This document shows positions 8,223 to 16,655 of a DNA stretch of 53,232 bases, piece by piece. Within the stretch, counting starts at the first letter, position 1, and every line of letters begins with the position of its first letter. Under the pieces are notes generated by a model. The model was not told the DNA's origin and searched no databases. It saw only the letters and a list, made by a program, of their open reading frames with translations. Source of the DNA: a virus (Duplodnaviria; Caudoviricetes); IMG/VR virus record IMGVR_UViG_3300044615_001001, positions 1 to 53,232 of that record. One strand, written 5' to 3'. The position numbers were made by a program, and so were the translations under genes.

Positions 8223-9340
8223 CGCCACCTCGCCGCCGACGCAAGCGCGCGTCCCACGATCTCGGCGCACTGCGCCACCACCGCGTTCCCGCATGCCATC
8301 ACTCGCCAGGAGTCCGGCGCTTGACCTTCTTGCGCAGCATGGCCCGCTTCTGCGCCATCTCCTCGGCCGTCATCGGCGCTGGCACCGTCCAGTCGCACGG
8401 GAGCCCCATCATCCACTCGACGAACCGCGGGTGGAGCGTGCCGCCAACCGCTGTCGCTAGCCCATCCCCCGACCGCGCTGTCAGTCCAGCTTTGTTGTGG
8501 TTGCCCTTGACGGTCGGCGTCGGCAACACCGGCCGTCCCGACGGTTTCGCGGCACCAACCTGAGCGATCAAAGTCGGTCCCCCGCTGCGCTGACGGCGCG
8601 TCCCTCCCGATCCGGTGTTCGCCGTGGGCGTCATCAGCAGTCCCGACGGCTGCCGCGCCCCCACCGCTCCCAGCAATGTCGGCGTCCCGTCTCCGTGTGT
8701 GCTCGGGCCGTTCACCGCCAGCGACGCGACCGGAGTCGGCAGCAGCCCGCGCTTCGCGAGCGTGTCGAGCGAGGCTCGCTCCTTCCCAGCACGCCCGGCC
8801 GAGCCACCCTGGTTGCTGCCGTACCTCTGCGCGGTCGGGGTGGGTAGCAACAAGAAAGAGCCGTCGCCGCTCGTGCGGGGCTCCTGCGTGCGGCCATCCG
8901 TGCGTGCGGCGCGGATCTTCTCCCGCTGCGACACACGTCCACTCCGCATCGAACCCGAGATCGGCAAGGTCGGCCAGCACGTCACGCAGTCCGGCCGTGC
9001 GCAGTCCTGGCACGTTCTCGACGACAACGGCGCGGGGCTCGACGTCTCGGATGATGCGCGCGAACTCTGGCCACAGCCACCGCTCGTCGGCCTGCGCGAG
9101 TCGCTGTCCTGCGACGCTGACCGGTTGGCATGGGAATCCGCCGCAGACCACATCCACCCGAGCTGCTCCACTGGTCACCTCTCTGACGTCTGCGAACCTC
9201 GACGCGCTCGGCCAGTGACGGCGAAGCACGGCGCGGCAGTAGGGGTCCCACTCCGCTTGCCACATCACCGGACCAAGCCCCGCACGCTCGAGACCGAGCT
9301 CCAGGCCGCCAATGCCGCTGAACAGAGAGCCGATCGTCAC
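8219..9340 (-). CDS. DNA (cytosine-5) methyltransferase, alpha polypeptide (motifs I-VIII and X)
   Basis: SLFSGIGG (I), GGFPCQ (IV), ENVPG (VI), PHERRRLF (VIII), GNAVV (X). Confidence 0.9.
   Translation of the reverse strand: MTIGSLFSGIGGLELGLERAGLGPVMWQAEWDPYCRAVLRRHWPSASRFADVREVTSGAARVDVVCGGFPCQPVSVAGQRLAQADERWLWPEFARIIRDVEPRAVVVENVPGLRTAGLRDVLADLADLGFDAEWTCVAAGEDPRRTHGWPHAGAPHERRRLFLVATHPDRAEVRQQPGWLGRACWEGASLARHAREARAAADSGRVAGGERPEHTRRRDADIAGSGGGAAAVGTADDAHGEHRIGRDAPSAQRGTDFDRSGWCRETVGTAGVADADRQGQPQQSWTDSAVGGWASDSGWRHAPPAVRRVDDGAPVRLDGASADDGRGDGAEAGHAAQEGQAPDSWRVMACGNAVVAQCAEIVGRALASAARWR
8299..9171 (-). CDS. Overlapping out-of-frame methyltransferase beta polypeptide (repeated modules + motif IX)
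   Basis: 290-aa ORF nested in the MTase gene; four LPTP-type repeats, then LHPRFVEWMMGLPCDWT (motif IX-like), which is absent from the alpha frame. Confidence 0.75.
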   Translation of the reverse strand: MEQLGWMWSAADSHANRSASQDSDSRRPTSGGCGQSSRASSETSSPAPLSSRTCQDCARPDCVTCWPTLPISGSMRSGRVSQREKIRAARTDGRTQEPRTSGDGSFLLLPTPTAQRYGSNQGGSAGRAGKERASLDTLAKRGLLPTPVASLAVNGPSTHGDGTPTLLGAVGARQPSGLLMTPTANTGSGGTRRQRSGGPTLIAQVGAAKPSGRPVLPTPTVKGNHNKAGLTARSGDGLATAVGGTLHPRFVEWMMGLPCDWTVPAPMTAEEMAQKRAMLRKKVKRRTPGE

Positions 9341-9726
9341 GCCGCCCTCCGTCGCATCCGCTCGCCCGTGCGCACGACCTCGACGACCGTGCGCGGGCCC
9401 GCGTCGCCGCACATCGCGCGGTCCACCTCGAGCGCGTCGATCTGCGAGTCGTCCTCCCACGCCACGCCGTTGAGCGCGTCGAGGATGAGCTTGCACGCGT
9501 TGTCGACGTCGCTGCGTCGCGCGTCCGGCATGTCGAGCCACACGCGCACCAAGAAGCGCCCATCACGCCGCCAGCCACGCGGCCGAGACGCGAGCGCGAG
9601 CAGGCGATGCTCGTGCTGTGCCTTGCGCTGGCCTGCCTCGGTGAAGCGCCGCTTCCCGCGCTGCTGCATGGGGCGCTTCCACGTCGTCGGACGGCCCTCG
9701 ACCACGTACGAGAACGACGCGCTCAT
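9337..9726 (-). CDS. rusA: RusA-family Holliday junction resolvase
   Basis: DVDNACKLILDALNGVAWEDDSQI signature. Confidence 0.9.
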   Translation of the reverse strand: MSASFSYVVEGRPTTWKRPMQQRGKRRFTEAGQRKAQHEHRLLALASRPRGWRRDGRFLVRVWLDMPDARRSDVDNACKLILDALNGVAWEDDSQIDALEVDRAMCGDAGPRTVVEVVRTGERMRRRAA

Positions 9727-10178
9727 GCGGCCCTCCGCGCCGTCACCCAGCGCACGCCATCGGCGCGCCCGACGTACTCGCGAAGCCTTCCGCCGCGTGC
9801 CGCCGCCCGAGCTGCGCGCTTTCTCCTCGCGTCATGGTCGCGGTCGCACTCTTCGCAGCGGAGTAGTCGCGGCGATCTGCCGTTGATGATCCGCTTGCAG
9901 TCGATGCATGTCGGCGCGCGGCGCGGCTGGTGTCCGTAGCGCGCACGCGCGTATTCGCGCATGTACTCGCGGCGCTGGACGCAGAAGATCGCCCATCGCA
10001 CGGGGTCCGCGCGCAGTATCGCGTACCGCCTGCGGGATCGTTCCCTGTCCTCCTCAATCTCGCCTTCTGTGCGGAGCGTCGCCTTGATCGAGAAGGCTGC
10101 GTGGTGGCTCACGTGGTAGTCGCGCGAGTATCCGAGCGACTCCACGAGCTCGTCGTCATCGAAGATCGACAAGCTCAT
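9723..10178 (-). CDS. Hypothetical protein with CxxC...CxxC zinc finger
   Basis: CIDC...CEEC; coupled ORF. Confidence 0.55.
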   Translation of the reverse strand: MSLSIFDDDELVESLGYSRDYHVSHHAAFSIKATLRTEGEIEEDRERSRRRYAILRADPVRWAIFCVQRREYMREYARARYGHQPRRAPTCIDCKRIINGRSPRLLRCEECDRDHDARRKRAARAAARGGRLREYVGRADGVRWVTARRAA

Positions 10179-10393
10179 CGCCACTGCCTCACGCGTCCAT
10201 CGCCGCCCTTGCTGCGCACGCCCAGCGCCACGAGACGACGCTCGCCAGCGCGGCACTCGCGACAGCGGGAGAGCCGCTGTCCCTCGATGCTGTGCGGCAC
10301 CATCTGCACCGACCGTGACCGCTGCATCGCACACGAGCGCGCCGACATGCTGATCGCGTACGGCCCGCACCAGATCCGATCGTCCTCGCTCAT
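10175..10393 (-). CDS. Hypothetical Cys-containing protein
   Basis: Coupled ORF MSEDDRIWCG. Confidence 0.5.
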   Translation of the reverse strand: MSEDDRIWCGPYAISMSARSCAMQRSRSVQMVPHSIEGQRLSRCRECRAGERRLVALGVRSKGGDGRVRQWR

Positions 10394-10665
10394 CACCCCA
10401 CCTCCGCAAAGCACAGCACCAACTGCGCGGGCCTCGGTCGCTCACACGGTGTTGCGGTGCACGTCGCCGCCTTGCGGCGATCGCGCGATGCCTGCGCGCG
10501 CTCGCGACAGCGGCTCATGTACCAAGGATCGAGTCGCCGACTCTGGTAGCGGTCACGGTCCCGCTCCGCCGCCTCGGCGCGCTCCTCGTGCGCACGCTCG
10601 CACACGTCGTCCCACTCGGGACACGCGTAGCCGAGCGCGGCGAGCGTCTCGTCGTCGATGTGCAT
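10393..10665 (-). CDS. Hypothetical protein
   Basis: Coupled ORF MHIDDETL. Confidence 0.5.
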   Translation of the reverse strand: MHIDDETLAALGYACPEWDDVCERAHEERAEAAERDRDRYQSRRLDPWYMSRCRERAQASRDRRKAATCTATPCERPRPAQLVLCFAEVG

Positions 10666-10892
10666 CACTCCCCCATCCATCGAGCAAGCTGCTCGACCGC
10701 CTTGACCCAACTGCGTCGCTGGCACTCGTCGCTGCCAGCGGCAGCGAGTTGGGCCTGTTCGATGTGGTGCTCCACCATCAAGCCGCGCGAGTAGCCGCGA
10801 GCATCGCGCACGTAGTTGCGCGCCTGACTCGTCGGCGGTCCCACGTGGACCACGCCAGCCGCCTTGAGAACGCCCTCGTGGTAGATGCTCAC
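10665..10892 (-). CDS. Hypothetical protein
   Basis: GTGA-coupled ORF. Confidence 0.5.
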   Translation of the reverse strand: MSIYHEGVLKAAGVVHVGPPTSQARNYVRDARGYSRGLMVEHHIEQAQLAAAGSDECQRRSWVKAVEQLARWMGE

Positions 10893-11212
10893 GCGGCCCT
10901 CGCTCTTGCGTCGCGCTCGCGCTTCGCCCGCTGGTGACGACGCCACTCCTCGCGGCGCTGTTCGTCTGTCATCAGAGCGCGCCGCTCGATCACTCGGCGC
11001 CTCGCCCGCTCGGCCATCTCCTCGCGCGCCGCCCACGCCTTCGCGCGGATGCTTGCGAGGTACTCCTCCATCGACACGCCTCCGCGTGCGCGTCGTCTGG
11101 ACGCCTGATACGCGCGCTCCGCTTCCACGTGCCACTGGTGCACGAGCGGGTTGGCGCTGCGCAGCGATGCTGCCGCGACAGCGCGACGCCAGATAGCGCG
11201 CGCTTCGTCCAT
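10889..11212 (-). CDS. Hypothetical basic protein
   Basis: Coupled ORF MDEARAIW. Confidence 0.5.
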   Translation of the reverse strand: MDEARAIWRRAVAAASLRSANPLVHQWHVEAERAYQASRRRARGGVSMEEYLASIRAKAWAAREEMAERARRRVIERRALMTDEQRREEWRRHQRAKRERDARARAA

Positions 11213-11223
11213 CGTCGGCACTC

Positions 11224-11319
11224 TCACGGCTCCGACTCCTCCGGCGCAGTCAAGACGAGCCACGCGAGCGCCACGAGGCACCCGCAGAGCACGAGGAACA
11301 TCCCGGCCTCAAGCGTCAT
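11224..11319 (-). CDS. Small single-TM peptide
   Basis: MTLEAGMFLVLCGCLVALAWLVLT; ATGA coupling. Confidence 0.45.
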   Translation of the reverse strand: MTLEAGMFLVLCGCLVALAWLVLTAPEESEP

Positions 11320-11663
11320 CGCTGCCCCCGCTTGGCGAGCCACGCGGCGCGCGCTTCCTCGAGCTTCTCGGCGCACGCATACGCCGCTTGCCCGTAGGCT
11401 TGCGAGAGAGCGGCCGTGTCGATGCGAGCGGCGATCGGCTGCTCCATGAGCACCCGAAACACTTCGCGTGCCGTGGCGTCGATACGGTCGACTCGGGCGC
11501 GCTCGTCCTCGCCACCGCCGCGAGACGCGTCCACCTCGGCCACGATGGCCTGCGCCGCGTGCGACATGCGCTCGTTCAAGGCCGCTCGCAGCGGAACGCT
11601 GGACCGCTCGACCGCCTCCATTGCGAGCCGCACCAACTCCGACTGCCACTCGTACCTCGTCAT
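11316..11663 (-). CDS. Hypothetical protein
   Basis: 115-aa ATGA-coupled ORF with GGAGG RBS. Confidence 0.6.
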   Translation of the reverse strand: MTRYEWQSELVRLAMEAVERSSVPLRAALNERMSHAAQAIVAEVDASRGGGEDERARVDRIDATAREVFRVLMEQPIAARIDTAALSQAYGQAAYACAEKLEEARAAWLAKRGQR

Positions 11664-12163
11664 CGCACACCTCCCACCACACGAAGCCCACGTTCACGCT
11701 GCGCACGACGCAGCCAGTCGCGGCGCGCGGACATCACGCGCTCGACGTCATCCCACTCGGCCAGCTCGCGCTCGGCCTCCTCGGGCGACACGTAGCCGTC
11801 CGCCTCGTTCGTCGCGGCGACGCTCATCACGTCGCTCAGTTCGCGCACGATCGCGTGCAGGTCGCGCACGTGCTCGACGTCGGCGCGCACGAGTGAGTGG
11901 CGCGGGCCGGCGATGAACGCGGCTAGCGCAAGGCGCAGCGGCTCCGGCGCGAGCGCCGCGCGTGCGATGTCGAGCGTCTTGCCGCCCTTGGGCTTGGCGC
12001 ACTGCGAGAGGCCCGTGCGCGACATGCACATTACCGCGGCGACCTGCTCGTGCGTCGCGTCGCAAGCGTTGCGGCCACGACGCACAGCCTCGGCGGCATC
12101 GCATCGCATCTCGACGAGCGCGCTGTCAGCGCGTGCAGTGACGGTGGTGGTCATCGTCGTCAC
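11660..12163 (-). CDS. CII-like / HTH regulatory protein
   Basis: Directly downstream of cro; HTH-like THEQVAAVMCMSRTGLSQ and a DGYVSPEE motif seen in phage CII-family proteins. Confidence 0.5.
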   Translation of the reverse strand: MTTMTTTVTARADSALVEMRCDAAEAVRRGRNACDATHEQVAAVMCMSRTGLSQCAKPKGGKTLDIARAALAPEPLRLALAAFIAGPRHSLVRADVEHVRDLHAIVRELSDVMSVAATNEADGYVSPEEAERELAEWDDVERVMSARRDWLRRAQRERGLRVVGGVR

Positions 12164-12399
12164 TCCCCCGCCGTCGGAGCGGCGGTCATGGTGGGGGTGT
12201 GCAGGCCGAGCAGCGCATCCGAGGACACGCCGAGCGTCTGGCAGAGACGCCGCAGCGCATCGCCGTCGGGCATGCGGCCGGCCTCGTAGTAAGCGACCGA
12301 CCGCGGAGACATGCCGGCCGCGACGGCGAGCCCCACCTGCGTCAGCCCCTTCGACACGCGAGCGGCACGGAGCCGCTCTCCCAGCGATTCGTTGGTCAT
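12160..12399 (-). CDS. cro: Cro-like XRE HTH regulator
   Basis: LGERLRAARVSKGLTQVGLA...YYEAG..P...L..L..TLGVSSDALLG; divergent from cI. Confidence 0.85.
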   Translation of the reverse strand: MTNESLGERLRAARVSKGLTQVGLAVAAGMSPRSVAYYEAGRMPDGDALRRLCQTLGVSSDALLGLHTPTMTAAPTAGE

Positions 12400-12486
12400 G
12401 CCCGCTTGACTAGCAGAGCTAGCACGGTCGTGCAAGCTCGGCCGTGCACGTACCCGGTTGCTGACGCACCGTGCGAGCCTCCAGCC
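12400..12486. promoter_or_regulatory. cro/cI divergent control region with tandem operators
   Basis: Minus strand reads TTGCAC-17nt-TAGTCA-7nt-ATG; tandem 14-mers agcacggtcgtgca and agctcggccgtgca at 12421..12448. Confidence 0.65.
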
Positions 12487-12948
12487 ATGTCCACGGCCGA
12501 TTGGTCAGGCGTCTCACGACGCATCCGCGCACGCCGCACCGAGCTTGGTCTCAGCCAGCAGGAGGCAGCGTCGCGCGCTGGGATCAGCGTGCGGGTCGCG
12601 GCGAAGTACGAGACCGAGATCCCGCCGTCCGGCCCGGAGCTCGCCACGCTCGAGAAGCTGGCGCGCGCGCTGGACGTGTCGCCCGCATGGCTGCTCTACG
12701 GCGTCGGCGAGCACGTCGCGGAGATCGGCGAGGCCATGCTCACGCAGCTCCGCGGACTCGGTGTGCTGCCTACCGAGGACGAAGTCGCTTGGGTCACGAG
12801 CGCGCCCAACTTCCTGCACATGGACGCGCTTGGCGTCGCGCAGGCGATCCTTGGACAGCGTCGAGGAATCGCGCCGGAGACGGCTGCTATCATCGAGGCG
12901 GAGACGAAGAGGCACGACGATCCAAGCGTGCCGCGGAGGAAGCGATGA
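12487..12948 (+). CDS. CI-like repressor (XRE HTH, no S24 autopeptidase domain)
   Basis: RIRARRTELGLSQQEAA...LEKLARALDVSPAWLLYG. Confidence 0.85.
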   Translation: MSTADWSGVSRRIRARRTELGLSQQEAASRAGISVRVAAKYETEIPPSGPELATLEKLARALDVSPAWLLYGVGEHVAEIGEAMLTQLRGLGVLPTEDEVAWVTSAPNFLHMDALGVAQAILGQRRGIAPETAAIIEAETKRHDDPSVPRRKR

Positions 12949-13547
12949 CGATGCGATGGGGGATGGCGCTGACGGTGGCGCTGCTGTGTGGGTGCGGCGC
13001 GGAGATGCAGGCGGCCGACGCGGGCGATGTCGCGATGCTGCCCGATGTCTGGTGGGGCGATGCTCCGGTTCCGGAGTGCACGCCGGGATGCTCGAGTGTG
13101 CAGATGTGCTGCACGAGCAGCGTCGCCGGCAATCGCTGCGTGGACCACTTCTCAGATCCATCGAACTGCGGCGGCTGCGGCATCGTGTGCCGCGCGACCG
13201 AGTTGTGCATCAACCAGGCGTGTCGCGTGCCTGGAACGCTCGATGCCGGTCCCGTTGACGCGTACGTGCGACAGCCGGACGCGCCGATCATCGGCAGCTG
13301 CTCGCCTGCGTGTGGCGCCGACTTCCAGTGCTGCGGCTCGACGTGCGTGAACCGTGACGGCGCGGGCGGCACCTCGGATTCGTCGTTCGCGAACTGCGGC
13401 GCGTGCGGCCGTACGTGCGACGCGGACACGGCGAACCGCTGCGGTCGCTTCGGCACGATGACGAGGTGCATGTGCGGCGACGGACCATCCTGCGAGGCCG
13501 GCGCGCGCTGTCAGCTCGACAGCGACGGTACGCTGGTCTGCATGTAG
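12945..13547 (+). CDS. Myxobacterial-type cysteine-rich lipoprotein
   Basis: Signal peptide with lipobox LLCGC; two D/S-x-x-NCGxCGxxC repeats; coupled to cI. Confidence 0.8.
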   Translation: MTMRWGMALTVALLCGCGAEMQAADAGDVAMLPDVWWGDAPVPECTPGCSSVQMCCTSSVAGNRCVDHFSDPSNCGGCGIVCRATELCINQACRVPGTLDAGPVDAYVRQPDAPIIGSCSPACGADFQCCGSTCVNRDGAGGTSDSSFANCGACGRTCDADTANRCGRFGTMTRCMCGDGPSCEAGARCQLDSDGTLVCM

Positions 13548-13966
13548 CCGACCTCTCGCAGCCTGCGCCTGATGATCTCGCGGCTCGCGAGCGGCCACAG
13601 TGCGCGCAGCGCATCGACGCTGCCGCGAGTGTCCCGCGCATCGCGCACGAATGCTCGGCGTGGCAGGAGGAGCGCGCATCCGATGCGCGAGCACACGCGC
13701 TCGAGGATGTCGCCGCGCAGACGCGCCCCGCGCACGAGCTCGTGGCCGCACTCGTGCGCCACGTAGTACGCGATCGCGTCGTCAGGCGCGTCGGATGGGT
13801 ACCAGACGATCCCGCCGTCGAGGCGGGGTCGCATGCCTGGTAGCGGCGCTAGCCGCAGTCCGAGATAGCTCACCGCGAACGTGCGCGGATCGCATCGCGG
13901 TCGGTCGTCGAGCCCGCTCTCGACCGTGGCCTGTCGGGCCACCTCCTCGGCCTCGTCCTCGCTCAC
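13511..13966 (-). CDS. ImmA/IrrE-family metallopeptidase (anti-repressor type)
   Basis: VAHECGHEL (HExxH), E..C......LLLP; located beside the XRE repressor. Confidence 0.8.
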   Translation of the reverse strand: MSEDEAEEVARQATVESGLDDRPRCDPRTFAVSYLGLRLAPLPGMRPRLDGGIVWYPSDAPDDAIAYYVAHECGHELVRGARLRGDILERVCSRIGCALLLPRRAFVRDARDTRGSVDALRALWPLASREIIRRRLREVGYMQTSVPSLSS

Positions 13967-14002
13967 GCCAGAACGGACGTGCCGCGCCGTCGCTGACTGA
14001 CA

Positions 14003-14611
14003 TCACTGACGCGTTGGGCGGACCCAATCCAGTCCGTGCACGGCAAACGGCACATGCACCGGCAGGCGGCCGGCAATCGGCACCTCGACGATGACCTCGC
14101 GCGCGTCGAGCATGGAGCGCACGAACGCGCCGCCGTCGCTGACAAAGACGCCCTCGCGCGATTCCGACTCGCTCGCCTGCCACGAGGAGACGGGCAGGTC
14201 GTCAAACCGCGCTTCGATGCGGCACCCGCGGTACCCGCAGTCCACCACGCCGCCATACATCGTCACGAAGACGTCGGGGTCATCCTCGTAGCGCGCGGCA
14301 CGCACGCACAGCCTTGCTCGAGCCTCGCCCCACGGCTCTCCGACGCGGACGGGACGCGTTGACTCGGTGCACGCGATGTCGCGCACGGTGCCGCGCATCT
14401 CGTCAGGCAACTCGCGATACGTCCACACGGTCACGAACGCGTCGGCGGCAGCGTCGCGACCGCTGTCCGTGCCCGCGTCAACGCTGACCAGGAACTCCGC
14501 GATCGTCTGCGTTTCGGCCTCGCGCGGTGGCTCGCTCATCGAGTGCACGGCCAGTCCGCCCACGAGAGCGCCGACGAGGAATCCCACGGCACCCGCTGTC
14601 CCCTGTTGCAT
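14003..14611 (-). CDS. Membrane-anchored exported protein
   Basis: N-terminal TM AVGFLVGALVGGLAV followed by a globular domain. Confidence 0.65.
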   Translation of the reverse strand: MQQGTAGAVGFLVGALVGGLAVHSMSEPPREAETQTIAEFLVSVDAGTDSGRDAAADAFVTVWTYRELPDEMRGTVRDIACTESTRPVRVGEPWGEARARLCVRAARYEDDPDVFVTMYGGVVDCGYRGCRIEARFDDLPVSSWQASESESREGVFVSDGGAFVRSMLDAREVIVEVPIAGRLPVHVPFAVHGLDWVRPTRQ

Positions 14612-14677
14612 GCGCTGACGGTCGCGCTCCGCACCCTCGGAGTCCGTGAGTGTTCGCACGTTTCTTCCGTGCTCGCC

Positions 14678-14712
14678 TTGACGTGCTAGCACCGCCGTGC
14701 ATACTGGGACCC
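14678..14712 (+). promoter_or_regulatory. Rightward early promoter with embedded operator; leaderless start possible
   Basis: TTGACG-16nt-CATACT-7nt-ATG(14713); contains gctagcaccgccgtgca, 15/17 identical to 12418..12434. Confidence 0.65.
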
Positions 14713-15210
14713 ATGGAGGTCGGCATGGACGGCGAGATCAGGACGCAGCGCCTCGGCTGCGCGTGCGTCGGGACGGGCGTGGTCGTGGCGGGCGAGTGGC
14801 GGCACGTGAGCGGCGAGATGCGCTGGACGCGCGTGACGCACCCGTGCCCCGACTGCCGGCGAGCGGACGACGTGGCGAGCCGCGAGACGCTGCCCGCGCC
14901 CGCGCCGCTCGACATGGACTGCTGGCACGACGCGCTCGACATGGGCGACGCTGACGAGGCGTGCCCGTGCTGCGGCGGTGACGGCTACCACGCCGACCGC
15001 GACCCCGACGGCCTCGAGTGCGGCGAGCAGCGCGTGTGCCCGCGCTGCGATGGCCGCGGGCTCGTCGCGAGCGATGCGACGATCGCTGCGTGCCGCGAGG
15101 GGTACGCGTCGATGCCGATCGACGACATCGAGGCAGGCGTGCGCGCGTGGCCGCTCAGCTACGCCGAGGCGCGTCCCGAGCAGCCGTGCAGCGTGCGGGA
15201 GGTGGCGTGA
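14713..15210 (+). CDS. Zinc-finger protein (DnaJ-type CxxCxGxG repeats)
   Basis: CPCCGGDG, CPRCDGRG, CPDC. Confidence 0.6.
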   Translation: MEVGMDGEIRTQRLGCACVGTGVVVAGEWRHVSGEMRWTRVTHPCPDCRRADDVASRETLPAPAPLDMDCWHDALDMGDADEACPCCGGDGYHADRDPDGLECGEQRVCPRCDGRGLVASDATIAACREGYASMPIDDIEAGVRAWPLSYAEARPEQPCSVREVA

Positions 15211-15776
15211 TGGAAGCGTGGCAGATGACGCGCGCGCAATGGAAGGCGCGCGCAGGCGTGCACACGCCGCACATCGGTGAGGTCTCCGCTGTCCAGCTTG
15301 GGCGCATGTCGCGCGCTGCGAGGACGCGATACGACAACGAGCGTCGCGCCGAGTGGCAGGCGTCCGCCGATGCGTCGAGTGAGTACGCGCGCCGCTGCGT
15401 CGAGGCGTACGACGCCGATCCGACCGTGCTCGAGCGCGCGTCCAGCGATGCGCGGTCGGCCATCCACGCCGCGCTTGCGCAGCGCGAGAAGGAATCGCGC
15501 GGCCAGCGGCTACAGGCGCTCGCAAAGCAGAACGTGGACGTGGCCGCAGCCAAGCCTGGCGACCGCGTGTGGTGGGTGCTCGGCGGGCGCTACGTGCGAG
15601 TTGTCGCCGCTCTGCACGTGTCGCTGCGCGTCGTGGTCGGCGACCGTCAGATCCGAGTCAACCGCGGCGAATGTCAGTGGCTCCAGTACAACGACCTCGT
15701 GGCCGCCGAGGCCGCGGGACGCACCGTCGACGAACGGCGCGTCTTCGTGGAGATGGCACGAGGAGACGCATCGTGA
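15210..15776 (+). CDS. Hypothetical protein with a C-terminal SH3/KOW-like segment
   Basis: TGATG coupling with GGAGG RBS; KPGDRVWW...VRVV. Confidence 0.55.
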   Translation: MEAWQMTRAQWKARAGVHTPHIGEVSAVQLGRMSRAARTRYDNERRAEWQASADASSEYARRCVEAYDADPTVLERASSDARSAIHAALAQREKESRGQRLQALAKQNVDVAAAKPGDRVWWVLGGRYVRVVAALHVSLRVVVGDRQIRVNRGECQWLQYNDLVAAEAAGRTVDERRVFVEMARGDAS

Positions 15777-15970
15777 CCGCGCTCGCTGGCGAACTGACGG
15801 TGCGGCAGCTCGGCGAGATGCTGCGTTCGCGCGGCGCGGACAACCTGCACGTGCGGCACGTGGGCAACACGTGGTGCGTGATGCTGCGCGGATGGGTCAT
15901 CGCCACGCCCGATCTTCAGGACGCACTCATGCGCGCGGTGTCGCGCATCGACGGGGAGCGTCGTGGCTGA
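15773..15970 (+). CDS. Hypothetical protein
   Basis: GTGA-coupled ORF. Confidence 0.5.
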   Translation: MTALAGELTVRQLGEMLRSRGADNLHVRHVGNTWCVMLRGWVIATPDLQDALMRAVSRIDGERRG

Positions 15971-16655
15971 CGCGCTGTCGCTCGACCTCGAGACGGTGGC
16001 GGCGCAGACGGCGACGGTCGTCGATCCGTGGCTCGCACGCCGTCGTCACGGGTGGGGCGCGTCGGAGGTGCCTGCGCTGCTGCTCGCGTACGACCGTCGA
16101 GACGACGAGGCGCGCACGGCGCGGCGCTATCATCTCGAGGACGCCGAGGTCACGCGACGCGGCGGCGTGCCGCGCATCGTGGCACGCAAGGCCGGCCTCC
16201 TCGCGAGCGTTCGCCTCTCTCGTGCGATGAGTGAGGGAGCGAGACGCGAGCGCGAGCTTGTCGAGACGTGGGCGCGTGACTGCGGATACGACGGCGTGAC
16301 GATGGCCGATGCGATGCCGCGGGAGTTTCTCCCGCTGCGCGACGACGAGTGCCCGCGACTGACCGCCACGCCTGATGCGTGGTGCCGCGGTCCGAGCGAC
16401 GAACTGATCGCGGTCGAGGCTAAGTGCACGTTCGATTGCCCGAGCGAGTGCGGATGGTACTGGCGCGCTCAGACGCAGGCGCAGATGGCGTGCATGTCCG
16501 CCGCTGCCGCGGTGCTGGTGTGCGGGCCTGGATGGGTGCGCGGCGAGGACTCGCGGCCGATCTCGTGGCTCATCGAGCGCGACGAGCAGGAGATTGCGCG
16601 CATCCGCGATGTGTGCGTCCGCGCGTGGGCGGACGTGGAGAGGGTGAGGCAATGA
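15963..16655 (+). CDS. YqaJ/lambda-exonuclease-like recombination nuclease
   Basis: WLARRRHGWGASE, ATPDA, VEAKC, Q.Q.QMAC motifs. Confidence 0.85.
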   Translation: MADALSLDLETVAAQTATVVDPWLARRRHGWGASEVPALLLAYDRRDDEARTARRYHLEDAEVTRRGGVPRIVARKAGLLASVRLSRAMSEGARRERELVETWARDCGYDGVTMADAMPREFLPLRDDECPRLTATPDAWCRGPSDELIAVEAKCTFDCPSECGWYWRAQTQAQMACMSAAAAVLVCGPGWVRGEDSRPISWLIERDEQEIARIRDVCVRAWADVERVRQ

